In this document: positions 40,631-49,870 of the stretch, in pieces
Layout of the letters: every line of letters begins with the position of its first letter
Numbering within the stretch: position 1 is the first letter of the stretch
Notes under the pieces: generated by a model
Databases searched by the model: none
What the model was told of the DNA's origin: nothing
The model's input: the letters and a program-made list of their open reading frames with translations, nothing else
From: Euryarchaeota archaeon UBA125
Lineage (GTDB): Archaea; Thermoplasmatota; Poseidoniia; Poseidoniales; Thalassarchaeaceae
Length of the DNA: 55,129 bases
NCBI GenBank assembly: GCA_002502625.1
Contig: DAPV01000046.1
Span: 1 to 55,129, forward strand
Direction: 5' to 3'
Translations under genes and position numbers: made by a program

Positions 40631-42292
40631 ATGGACGACATTAGCAACTGGACTGTCGCACAGCTCAAAAATGAGTTGAAACTTAGGGGATATCCAGTTG
40701 GTGGAAATAAAAAAGAACTTTTTGAACGTCTCCATAATCCTCCTAATGATCAAGAAAAGGCTAAACCAGGAAATGATGGATATCTTACAATCATCGGTTA
40801 TGCATTCGCAAATACTCCATTTATGCCATATCTAGTAGTATCTGTACTATTTATGGCAGGAGGAGGAGTGATTTCTTACTTAACTTCAGAACCGATACCA
40901 GATTACGAACTAATTGAATTTGATACGGATCGAACTCGTTTATTTGCCCAAGATTTAGTGGATTTGGGTCATCCTGAATGGGGTGGAAGAATGAGTGGGA
41001 CAATTGAAGAAGCTGCTGCTGCAACATCAATCAAACAAAACTTCACAGATGCAGGCATGGGCGCTACTATTGAAACATTCAATGTTCCAATGTTTGAAAT
41101 TCTTGCAAATCCAATATTAAGAATGTGCCAAACAGGAGGAATCGTTCCTCCTTTTGATCCATGTGGACCATCTGATTTAGCATCGACGATTACCGAATTT
41201 ACTCATCTTGAACAATTTGTAATCCAAGGATATAGTGGAACTCAACAAATTAATTTCGCGCAAAATATTGCAGTAATAGACTTAGGCAATGGTAGTGAAA
41301 ATGAGGATTGGGATTCTGCCTCTGGAAATGTAGGAATGGTTTGGGCAAGAGGAGATGTTTCTGGAAATACCGATTTATTCCTCCGAGCGCAAGAAAGTGA
41401 TTTATTTGCACTTATCCTTGTAAATGAAAAACAAAATTGTGACGAACTAATTAGTGGAGATTGCGTTCCTTTCTTCAAAACAGTTGATGTAACTAGATTC
41501 GAAACTATGCCTGCAGGAATTGCTTTCCTAATGGTTTCCAAGACTGTAGGTCAAACAATTTCTAGTGAAATAATAAACGGAACTCAAAGACTAGGGTTAG
41601 ACGTTAGAGTAGATAATGAGGGAACTAGGGACATTTCAGTGCCATGTGGGGTCATTCCAGGTTCATCTGATGATATGATTATTTTTGGAGCACATCACGA
41701 TACAGTATACAATAGTCCGGGAGCTGTAGATGATTCTTCTGGAACGGCTACTGTATTGGAATTAGCAACACAATTCGGAGCCCTGTATAACGAGTTAGGA
41801 ACTCCAGAATATACGATAAAATTCTGTACATGGGGAGGAGAAGAAGAAGGATTGTTTGGATCTAGTGCCTGGGTTAATGCCCATCAAGAGGAACTAAGAG
41901 ACCATCTCAGATTTTATGTAAACTTAGACATGAATCACGTAGATGTCGAAAGAAACAATGGAGTAGTTCTATTTGGGAATAATCCAGATGACATGGAACA
42001 TATTTTCAATATTCATTCAAAATTTGTTGAAGAATATCCTGTTCTTGGATCTACTTACGGTGCACAAGTATTAGTTGTAGAATCTAGTGATATGCCTAAC
42101 AATAGCGACCATGCTCCTTTTGTTTATGATATTGAGCCAGGTGGATATTATGGAAAGGCCATAGTATGCTATGGTTCAGGAAGTATGGAATACCACACAT
42201 ATCTTGACACCATGGATCGTTTCAATGAAGAATCACTTGCAGTTAGTGGAATTGTATTAGGTTCATATGCTAGATGGTTGGCATGGGGATAA
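40631..42292 (+). CDS. SAP domain + TM + M28 family metallopeptidase
   Basis: WTVAQLKNELKLRGYPVGGNKKELFERL (SAP); GAHHDT, GAVDDSSG, GGEEEG, NLDM, SDH, YHT (M28). Confidence 0.87.
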   Translation: MDDISNWTVAQLKNELKLRGYPVGGNKKELFERLHNPPNDQEKAKPGNDGYLTIIGYAFANTPFMPYLVVSVLFMAGGGVISYLTSEPIPDYELIEFDTDRTRLFAQDLVDLGHPEWGGRMSGTIEEAAAATSIKQNFTDAGMGATIETFNVPMFEILANPILRMCQTGGIVPPFDPCGPSDLASTITEFTHLEQFVIQGYSGTQQINFAQNIAVIDLGNGSENEDWDSASGNVGMVWARGDVSGNTDLFLRAQESDLFALILVNEKQNCDELISGDCVPFFKTVDVTRFETMPAGIAFLMVSKTVGQTISSEIINGTQRLGLDVRVDNEGTRDISVPCGVIPGSSDDMIIFGAHHDTVYNSPGAVDDSSGTATVLELATQFGALYNELGTPEYTIKFCTWGGEEEGLFGSSAWVNAHQEELRDHLRFYVNLDMNHVDVERNNGVVLFGNNPDDMEHIFNIHSKFVEEYPVLGSTYGAQVLVVESSDMPNNSDHAPFVYDIEPGGYYGKAIVCYGSGSMEYHTYLDTMDRFNEESLAVSGIVLGSYARWLAWG

Positions 42293-42293
42293 C

Positions 42294-42587
42294 ATGATTA
42301 GCGCAGAAGCAAGTCATATCCTAGTTGCTTCCAAAGGAGAAGCATCTACAATAAGAAATCATATTATTAATGCAAAAAAGCAATTAAAAGAATTTGAAAA
42401 AAGAGCACGCAGGCACTCCACCTGTCCATCTGCAAGAAGAGGAGGAGATCTAGGTACATTTGGAAGAGGTCAAATGGCAGCAGGTTTCGAAATAGCAATT
42501 AAAAAAATGGATGTTGGAACAGTTAGTGAACCGGTAAAAACTCGATATGGTTATCACCTAATTTGGCTTCATTCCAGAATTGATTAA
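42294..42587 (+). CDS. ppiC: Parvulin-type peptidyl-prolyl isomerase
   Basis: ASHILV, HSTCPS..RGGDLG.F.RGQM...FE, VKTRYGYHLI; start moved to ATG 42294. Confidence 0.9.
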   Translation: MISAEASHILVASKGEASTIRNHIINAKKQLKEFEKRARRHSTCPSARRGGDLGTFGRGQMAAGFEIAIKKMDVGTVSEPVKTRYGYHLIWLHSRID

Positions 42588-43751
42588 TCAGCGCCCCCAA
42601 AGATGTAATTCATTTTCTTTGATAGTATACCGTACAATTTTTGTTCTTTTCCCACTTAGAGGCCAGGGGACTTGAGTTAACAGTTCATTTAATTCATCAG
42701 GAGATAATTTAGCCAGACGCTGTCCAGAACGTTTGAGATGTTTTTCGCAAACAACCGACCAAGGAAAAACCAATATTTCATCAACTTTCAAAAATGGTAA
42801 TAAGGTAGAGAGGAAGGACCTCTCTGAAACAAGATGGTGTCTCTTTTCGTCAATTACCTCATGAAAAACTAATTCTAATGATGTAGACGAATCAGTGTTT
42901 TTTTCACGATTCGAATTACGTTTTTGCCTTCCTTTCTTTTGATTGTTTTTCTTAACCTTGGTACCAAATTTAACAATTGGCGGAGACACATTTCGATCGA
43001 CTTCAATTTGAGGACCCATTCTAGAAAAAATATCTATCCATGCATTATTTCCAAATCCTGCTTCATCTCTCAATTCCCTCTTTGAGACTTTTCTGCCGGT
43101 GGATTTTGCAATCAAGTTAGGGATATATGTTCCTAACTTAGACACAGGCATCGGAAGTTTAGCATGCTGAATTATTGCAGATTTAACAGTACGTTTAGTA
43201 ATTTTATGGAGACTAGTCTTTTCTTTTTTGGATCTAGATTTCTTATCTCGTTCAACTGGTTTAGATTCATTTTCTTCATCCGAAATTTTGATTGCATGTT
43301 CTGGAACAATGGTTTTCTCTTCAGCAGGCATAACAAAATTCGGATCTGGAATGAAAAGCTCTCCTGCTATTGAAAACATCATTCTGTGTGTGGCTTTAGA
43401 CCCACCACAATATCTTGATGCTTGTTTACCTAGTCTATCTTTATGATTCCGAAATAAATCGTTACTAACTATTACTCCTTTGAGTTGAATTGCTAAATCA
43501 AGAATGAATGAATCATCGTCAGTTCCTGATGGTGCTTGAACAAAATGTACTCTTTCATGTGCTTCATATGCTGAAACCCATTCCATATTGGGAAATGCAC
43601 GTTTTCCTGACATTCTAAATTGAGCGAGTACTGGATACAAGGTATGTCCCTCTGACAATAGTTTGTCAATTGCTGCTCTCAATTGATTTCCGTCTCCTGT
43701 TGAATCAACACCTTGTCGGGCAATATTTGCCCCATCTAATATCAAATTCAT
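42588..43751 (-). CDS. NYN/PIN ribonuclease (Zc3h12a/Regnase-like) with an uncharacterised basic C-terminal region
   Basis: ILDGANIA, DDDSFILDLA, IVSNDLFR, RMMFSIAGELFIP. Confidence 0.8.
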   Translation of the reverse strand: MNLILDGANIARQGVDSTGDGNQLRAAIDKLLSEGHTLYPVLAQFRMSGKRAFPNMEWVSAYEAHERVHFVQAPSGTDDDSFILDLAIQLKGVIVSNDLFRNHKDRLGKQASRYCGGSKATHRMMFSIAGELFIPDPNFVMPAEEKTIVPEHAIKISDEENESKPVERDKKSRSKKEKTSLHKITKRTVKSAIIQHAKLPMPVSKLGTYIPNLIAKSTGRKVSKRELRDEAGFGNNAWIDIFSRMGPQIEVDRNVSPPIVKFGTKVKKNNQKKGRQKRNSNREKNTDSSTSLELVFHEVIDEKRHHLVSERSFLSTLLPFLKVDEILVFPWSVVCEKHLKRSGQRLAKLSPDELNELLTQVPWPLSGKRTKIVRYTIKENELHLWGR

Positions 43752-43945
43752 CTGGGATGCCCCCAGAAAATTTCCAATATGCCTAGCATAAACTGAATGT
43801 ATTGTCTTTCATAAATCAGGGTATCACCCCTCTGGACCTCAGGAGTTGATCGCAATACACCAAAAGGGTCTGCAAGCAAACATCACTGGCAACTAGTGCT
43901 ATGGTCATTACTTCGTCTCTAGCATTCCATTTGAATGCATTGGAG

Positions 43946-44413
43946 TTAATTTCCATCATTAATATGTGCAAATAAAGCAGAATAATCGGGTTCAATTCCA
44001 GGATTATCTGCGTACCAAGCATATCCTATTGTCCCATCTGCTTCGACTAAAAATACTGAACGTTGAGCCACAGTATAACCATCTATAGCAAAATTTTCGA
44101 ATGTAACTCCATATGCAGAGATTACTTCTCTATGGACATCAGAAAGTAAAGGATAGTTGATCTGATTAGCTTCTCTAAATGCATTATTAGAAAATGGAGC
44201 ATCTACAGATATTCCTAACACTTGTACATCAGTTGTTCCGAGAGCACTATGCTGTTCATTTATTGAACAAGCTTGATTCTTACACACTCCAGTGAAAGCA
44301 GCAGGATAGAATGACAAAATCACTCGACTACCTGCAAATGATGAAAGAGTTACTTCACTCTTATCTTGGGCTTTCAATGTAAAGTCAGGTGCAACGTCGC
44401 CAATCTCAACCAT
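43946..44413 (-). CDS. Peroxiredoxin (BCP/AhpE-like)
   Basis: APDFTL, FYPAAFTGVC (PxxxTxxC), conserved Arg in QRSVF. Confidence 0.9.
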   Translation of the reverse strand: MVEIGDVAPDFTLKAQDKSEVTLSSFAGSRVILSFYPAAFTGVCKNQACSINEQHSALGTTDVQVLGISVDAPFSNNAFREANQINYPLLSDVHREVISAYGVTFENFAIDGYTVAQRSVFLVEADGTIGYAWYADNPGIEPDYSALFAHINDGN

Positions 44414-44522
44414 ATTCCCCATGAGGAATATCAGGCTCATGAAGAATACGTTCAGAAATAAACTGTAAATTTGTATGATTTCTAGCGTTGCATTGATTCA
44501 GTATGAATACTTAACAGGATTA

Positions 44523-45008
44523 ATGGCAGATGTAGGGGACCTTGTTTTTACAGCGATAGGAATTTCCAGGGATCTAGAAGAAGATACCCTTGGCATCATG
44601 CCTTCAAGAGACAGCATTGATGATATTGTCAGGGGATTTATGACCAATGCAGAAGATACAGACATTGTAGAGATTCGAATAGAATCTTGGACAATTGGGC
44701 AAATAGGATCAGATGCGAAAAATGTAGTAACTACTCATTTTAGAGATGCTTGTCCAATTTGTACTCGAACTACTTTTTGGGTTGAAGGTGATGAAATACG
44801 TGCCTCTTGCCACCATAGACTTTGTAGGGCTTGGATAGAACCGAATAGTATCGATAAAAAGAGAATAGATTGTGGATGGCCTGCATCTCAAAGGACAGAG
44901 GCATGCGAAGACTTTGAGGAAGCTAAAATTGTCTTAACAAGAATGAGAGCAGAAGCAGAAGCAGAGATTCCATCTGAATCTAGTGTCACAGATGGAAGTG
45001 AGTTCTAG
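44523..45008 (+). CDS. Hypothetical protein with Cys/His clusters
   Basis: CPIC...CHHRLC...C...C; start uncertain. Confidence 0.65.
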   Translation: MADVGDLVFTAIGISRDLEEDTLGIMPSRDSIDDIVRGFMTNAEDTDIVEIRIESWTIGQIGSDAKNVVTTHFRDACPICTRTTFWVEGDEIRASCHHRLCRAWIEPNSIDKKRIDCGWPASQRTEACEDFEEAKIVLTRMRAEAEAEIPSESSVTDGSEF

Positions 45009-46745
45009 TCACATTCTATTAGGCGCATCAATACCTAATAATTCTAGACCAGTAGATAAGATTCTAGCAGTTGTATCACAAAGGAGAAGACGACTATTTA
45101 TGATTGGAATTTCTTCAGCATTTAAAACAGGGCAATTTTCATAAAAAGAACCGAATGAAGACGCAATTTCATGAAGATGGATACAAATTCGATTAGGCAT
45201 TAGATCGGTTGCAGCAGATTCAACTGCATCAGAGAATGAAACAATTGAACGAGCAAGTCGACTCTCATATTCATTTGTTATCTGAATAGATGAAGATTTC
45301 CATTCATCACTATCTACTCTCTCAAAAATACTCTTTATTCTTGCATGAGCATATTGTAAGTAGGGAGCAGTATCTCCCTCAAATGATAACATGCGAGCCC
45401 AATCAAACATGTAATCCCTAGTACGATCGGTACTTAGATCCGCATATTTTACAGCACCAATACCTATCGCATTTGCTATATCTTCTCTTTCAATACCAGT
45501 TAGGTTAGGATTTTTATCTCCAATCACATCATTAGCCCTAGATACTGATTCTTTCAGTAAATCTACCAGTTTTACAGCAGAACCTGAGCGAGATTTCAGA
45601 ACTTTCCCATCATTACCAAGAACTGAACCAAAATTCACATGCACAGTGGTATTTGATTCATTGAGTAAACCTGCTTGATATGCTACAGAGAAAACCATCT
45701 GAAAATGACGAGACTGAGGGGTTCCGACTACATACAAAAGGTCGTCAACTTTCAATCGTTCAACCCTATCAATTATGCAAGCTAAGTCAGTAGTTGCGTA
45801 ATTGTATCCACCATCTCCTTTTCTGACAATGAGGGGTAATGGTTCTCCATCACGATTCAAATGACCTCCTGGGAATACAACATCTGCGCCATCACTATTT
45901 TTCAAAAGTCCCTGTTCGTTAAGCCTGGAAACGACATCAGGTAATAGATGATGATAAGCGGACTCACCCATTAAATCATCATCGACTAATAAAACTCCAA
46001 GTAACTGATAAACTTCATTGAAGTAACGTGTTGATTCATCAACTAATACTTGCCATAATCTAATTGTTTCTTCATCTCCACCTTGCAAAAGAACTACTCT
46101 TGCTCGTGATCTATCTGCAAAGGATTCATCACTATCGAATTTATTTCTTGCAGTTTTGTAAAATCCATCTAAATCCCCTACACTCAGTTCATTTTCATTA
46201 CTACCTTCCCCCATATCTAACAAATGCTCAATAAGCATTCCAAAAGGAGTCCCCCAATCGCCAATATGGTTTTCACGAATGACAGTATTGCCTAGAAACT
46301 CTAGGATTCGAGTAAGAGAATCCCCAATAACTGTAGATCTAAGATGTCCCACATGCATTTCTTTTGCAACATTAGGAGATGAATAGTCAATAGCCACAGT
46401 CCTTGGATTTGATGAAAGAGGTATACCTAATCTTATATCGTTACATGTTTCTCTACATTTCTCTTCCAACCATGAATCGGTAGCTTTCAGATTGACAAAT
46501 CCATTAACTGCGGAAATATTAGTTATTCCATCAAGTAAAGGAGCCAATATTGAAGATAATTCTTCTGCAATTTCTATTGGTGATTTCTTCAAAGTACGAG
46601 AAAGAGAATGACATGCTATTGCTAAATCTCCATGGTCAGATACCGTTGCCTTACCAAGTAAATTCTCTCCTTCACCATCTGGAACACCTAATTCAAGCAT
46701 AGCATGAGTAATCGAAGGCAAAACAGAATGATACAATATCCTCAT
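45009..46745 (-). CDS. argS: Arginyl-tRNA synthetase
   Basis: DYSSPNVAKEMHVGHLRST, GDWG, YLQYAHARI, FYENCPVL, C-terminal LLGIDAPNRM. Confidence 0.95.
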   Translation of the reverse strand: MRILYHSVLPSITHAMLELGVPDGEGENLLGKATVSDHGDLAIACHSLSRTLKKSPIEIAEELSSILAPLLDGITNISAVNGFVNLKATDSWLEEKCRETCNDIRLGIPLSSNPRTVAIDYSSPNVAKEMHVGHLRSTVIGDSLTRILEFLGNTVIRENHIGDWGTPFGMLIEHLLDMGEGSNENELSVGDLDGFYKTARNKFDSDESFADRSRARVVLLQGGDEETIRLWQVLVDESTRYFNEVYQLLGVLLVDDDLMGESAYHHLLPDVVSRLNEQGLLKNSDGADVVFPGGHLNRDGEPLPLIVRKGDGGYNYATTDLACIIDRVERLKVDDLLYVVGTPQSRHFQMVFSVAYQAGLLNESNTTVHVNFGSVLGNDGKVLKSRSGSAVKLVDLLKESVSRANDVIGDKNPNLTGIEREDIANAIGIGAVKYADLSTDRTRDYMFDWARMLSFEGDTAPYLQYAHARIKSIFERVDSDEWKSSSIQITNEYESRLARSIVSFSDAVESAATDLMPNRICIHLHEIASSFGSFYENCPVLNAEEIPIINSRLLLCDTTARILSTGLELLGIDAPNRM

Positions 46746-46749
46746 TATA

Positions 46750-48003
46750 TCAACTCCAAGAATACCTTAAAATCGCTCCTAGACCACCAAATGCAGTAAA
46801 CAACGTTTGACCCTCTTCACTGTCTGCTGAGATTAAAGTGACCTTAGCAGAAGTATGAGCTGCAAGTAAAGTCAGTTCATCAATAAGAGAAATAGTTTGG
46901 TCTTTTTTCAATGATATCCTATCACTAGAAGCATCACATGAAGGGCATGAACTTGGAGAGACTCCTGGATCTTCCGTCTTCTTCCACTCATGTTTACAGA
47001 GGTTACAAGTGTATGTATTCCGCATTTTCTTTAGATCTTCGCTTAGTAACAACATATCTACTGCTCCTGCATCTAATGCTTGGCGAATCAATACTTCCCC
47101 ATAGGTTGCTTTAGGAGCAATTCCATTTAATTCCATCAAAAAGCGATCGACTATCTCTCTCTCACCATCTAAAGCAATTCTATCCATCAAAGATCCGGCT
47201 CTTTGAACCAATTCCCTAAGTCCACTTTCATTTGAATACCCAACATCGAAATATGGTTCTCGGATTTTCTTAGCAATCTCATGGTGAAAATATCCATGTT
47301 TTACAACATAATCCTTGGTAGCACCTGGCCCCCCGATGATTATACCTTGAATATCATCAAGATATTGAAGCCAATAATCACAGGCCAGTTCAGTAGATTT
47401 TTTGAAGAATTTATGAGCCGCTTCTTCAATTAATCTTTCAAATCTCTGAGCAGATTGGCCACCTTGACGATGTTTTCCCATTATGTTCGAGCGCATTTCT
47501 TCTTGACAATGAATTCTTCTACCACTCGCTATACCGTATGCACATTCTCCTCTATCAATTACAAATAATCCATATGAGGTTTTATCGATTAACATCTCTT
47601 CTAATTGTGAAATTTCAAATGTAGAATCACACCGATAGCGAAAAGATTGGATTTGTTCAGGTGGGTTATCTACAACGATATTCATCAATCTAGTCTTATT
47701 ATTGCCTACAATGACATGACCTACGAAAAGACCGATTCCATTCTCTCCAGCATTACCATAACGATTTAGTGTCGAAATAGCAGATTCAATAGCATCAGTA
47801 ACATGTTTTTTTGTTGACTTAGACTTAATATTTTGAGCCTGTCCAAGTTCTTGACTTAATTGGCCCCTAACATCTGAAATCTGTTTATCTGGAGGTATGA
47901 TTACTGTCACTAATTCTGTACCCATCCCCCTCATACCTTGTAAATCTGTAATGGCATTCTTCAGACGTAAACGCCGTTGTTGCATCTCAATATCATCAGA
48001 CAA
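46750..48003 (-). CDS. prf1: Peptide chain release factor aRF1
   Basis: NIKS, YRCD, GGQSAQRF, FGGLGAILRY; probable TTG start at 48003 after GGAGG giving 417 aa. Confidence 0.93.
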   Translation of the reverse strand: MSDDIEMQQRRLRLKNAITDLQGMRGMGTELVTVIIPPDKQISDVRGQLSQELGQAQNIKSKSTKKHVTDAIESAISTLNRYGNAGENGIGLFVGHVIVGNNKTRLMNIVVDNPPEQIQSFRYRCDSTFEISQLEEMLIDKTSYGLFVIDRGECAYGIASGRRIHCQEEMRSNIMGKHRQGGQSAQRFERLIEEAAHKFFKKSTELACDYWLQYLDDIQGIIIGGPGATKDYVVKHGYFHHEIAKKIREPYFDVGYSNESGLRELVQRAGSLMDRIALDGEREIVDRFLMELNGIAPKATYGEVLIRQALDAGAVDMLLLSEDLKKMRNTYTCNLCKHEWKKTEDPGVSPSSCPSCDASSDRISLKKDQTISLIDELTLLAAHTSAKVTLISADSEEGQTLFTAFGGLGAILRYSWS

Positions 48004-48112
48004 CGGCTCGCCTCCAACCAACGGTCCCGAAACACGCATTTGAACCCTGTTCATTAGAAACAAAGTCAGAAGAGCCAACGAATTCAAGGGCTTAACTCCT
48101 AATTGAGGAAGG

Positions 48113-48817
48113 ATGAGGACACGAGTCGCCACACTAGGAGGAAGTCTTCTGAGACCAGAAGTGGAAGACAGACATGAGTGGTTAATCGAGTTATGTAAAG
48201 CGGTGAATGATGTGATTTCATCCGGATACAAACTTGCTTTAGTGATAGGAGGGGGAGCCCCTGCAAGAGAAGGAATTGAATTAGCAAGACCGATTCTTAA
48301 CACTAATACTGAAGCATTAGATCGTATTGGAATTGCTGCTACTAGACTTAATGCCACAATTGTTGCTGAAGCACTAATTGATACAGGAAATGATGTTGCT
48401 CCTCTAATCCCGATTAATATTCAAGATGCTGTGAAATATTCTGAAAAATATTCCATAGTTGTCATGGGAGGAACTAAACCGGGACATACTACTGATACAG
48501 TTGCAATTCAACTAGCAAAAGAACTAGGAGCAGAATGTTGCATTATAGCAACAAATGTTGGGCATGTATATTCTTCAGACCCTAGAACAAATGAAGATGC
48601 AAAGAAGTTCAAAACAATGACTCATCAAGAATTATCCGAAATTGTTGGTCCAGCAGAACATCAAAATGCAGGTCGTTCCGGAGTAATCGACCCAATTGGA
48701 GCAAGAATCGCAAAAGATGCACTATTGAATCTGGCTGTATTAGACGGAAGAGACATAGAACAGCTTAGAGCAGCATTAAACGGCGAATCGTTTGAAGGTA
48801 CGAACGTGGAGGGATGA
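48113..48817 (+). CDS. pyrH: Uridylate kinase (archaeal type)
   Basis: LGGS, GGGAPAR, DRIGIAATRLNA, PGHTTD, TNV..VYSSDP. Confidence 0.9.
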   Translation: MRTRVATLGGSLLRPEVEDRHEWLIELCKAVNDVISSGYKLALVIGGGAPAREGIELARPILNTNTEALDRIGIAATRLNATIVAEALIDTGNDVAPLIPINIQDAVKYSEKYSIVVMGGTKPGHTTDTVAIQLAKELGAECCIIATNVGHVYSSDPRTNEDAKKFKTMTHQELSEIVGPAEHQNAGRSGVIDPIGARIAKDALLNLAVLDGRDIEQLRAALNGESFEGTNVEG

Positions 48818-49107
48818 CCATGGCAAAGGGCTCTAAGATGGCTGATCGGATTCGGTCAAATGTCGATAAGGTTCGGAGAAATCCTAAATCAGAATTGAAA
48901 TCTATACCCCCACACAGGCACTGTGTTGTGTGCAGATCTGTTATCAAGATTGATGCTGACCCCCCAGTATGTAGCAAAGAGGAATGCATCGAGAAACATC
49001 GTAAAAATGAAAGATCAAGAAAGCAACTTTCAATTCTGATGTATATTTTCCCGGCTATTGCAATATTGTTAGTAATCCTAAACGTAACTCAAGGTGGAGC
49101 AGCATGA
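48814..49107 (+). CDS. DUF2116-like zinc-ribbon protein with C-terminal TM helix
   Basis: IPPHRHCVVC...CSKEEC followed by a hydrophobic helix. Confidence 0.75.
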   Translation: MTMAKGSKMADRIRSNVDKVRRNPKSELKSIPPHRHCVVCRSVIKIDADPPVCSKEECIEKHRKNERSRKQLSILMYIFPAIAILLVILNVTQGGAA

Positions 49108-49700
49108 CGTCGATTATGATGAGAATTCTATCTCTTCTCCCCATGATAACAGCAGGTCTTTGTGGATTACTATTGTTGATTAGTATAATAGGAATTCAGG
49201 TGCCAGAACAAGAGCAGAAAGTACCTCTAATTCCATGTGGAATTCCAGGTTTTGAAACCTGTCCAGTAGGTATGGCAGAAGATAACTTAAGTATCCCTTG
49301 GGGAATGGTATTTCTCGATTTAGATGCAAATGTCCAATGGGATCGTGGAGATGTAGCCTGGGTAGGTATTGTTGAAGCAAAGTGGGCTAATGAAGAAAAT
49401 TGTCCACCAGATGATAATGGACTAACAGACTGTGAAAGCACAGACTTCGAATATTTATCAGGAGGACCGGATTCAGATGGTTCTTTTGTCCACACTCTTA
49501 GCCCAGGAGATACGAGATTTGTAACTGGTGGAAAAGAAGGAAGTTTAGACCTTTCAACTCAAACCGTTGTTGTAGATATCTCTGTTTCTCTATCATTTTG
49601 GGTAGAAATTTTACTACTTCTAGCGATTATTGGCCTAGGTGCAAGTGCCTTCGACATGAATTTTCCATTTTTGAGTAATATTTTCTCAAAAGAAGAATAG
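49104..49700 (+). CDS. Hypothetical membrane protein (N- and C-terminal TM, Cys-containing loop domain)
   Basis: ATGA overlap with the upstream stop; two hydrophobic segments. Confidence 0.7.
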   Translation: MTSIMMRILSLLPMITAGLCGLLLLISIIGIQVPEQEQKVPLIPCGIPGFETCPVGMAEDNLSIPWGMVFLDLDANVQWDRGDVAWVGIVEAKWANEENCPPDDNGLTDCESTDFEYLSGGPDSDGSFVHTLSPGDTRFVTGGKEGSLDLSTQTVVVDISVSLSFWVEILLLLAIIGLGASAFDMNFPFLSNIFSKEE

Positions 49701-49747
49701 AATTTTCGATTCCAACGCGTTAAGAACCCAATAGGTGTGAGGCAATC

Positions 49748-49870
49748 ATGGATGAGGTGAGATGCGAGGGATGCGGGAAAAAAATCGATGTCTCAGCTCT
49801 AAGACCTAGTTATGGTGGATTCGACGTTTACTGTACAATTTGTGGACATGTCACCCACATAGATCCTTGA
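49748..49870 (+). CDS. 40-aa zinc-finger microprotein (not in the ORF track)
   Basis: Hand translation MDEVRCEGCGKKIDVSALRPSYGGFDVYCTICGHVTHIDP*; two CxxCG knuckles; GAGG upstream. Confidence 0.75.
   Translation: MDEVRCEGCGKKIDVSALRPSYGGFDVYCTICGHVTHIDP

Noticed and set aside
43752-43945. ORF 43816-44022, or a C/D-box sRNA or TPP riboswitch in this gap
   Set aside because: The ORF overlaps the peroxiredoxin and has no motif. CTGA boxes occur on the minus strand but there is no good RTGATGA C box or full riboswitch consensus. An Rfam search would settle it.
48004-48357. N-terminal extension of aRF1 in the ORF track
   Set aside because: It overlaps pyrH on the opposite strand; an SD-preceded TTG at 48003 gives a normal length.
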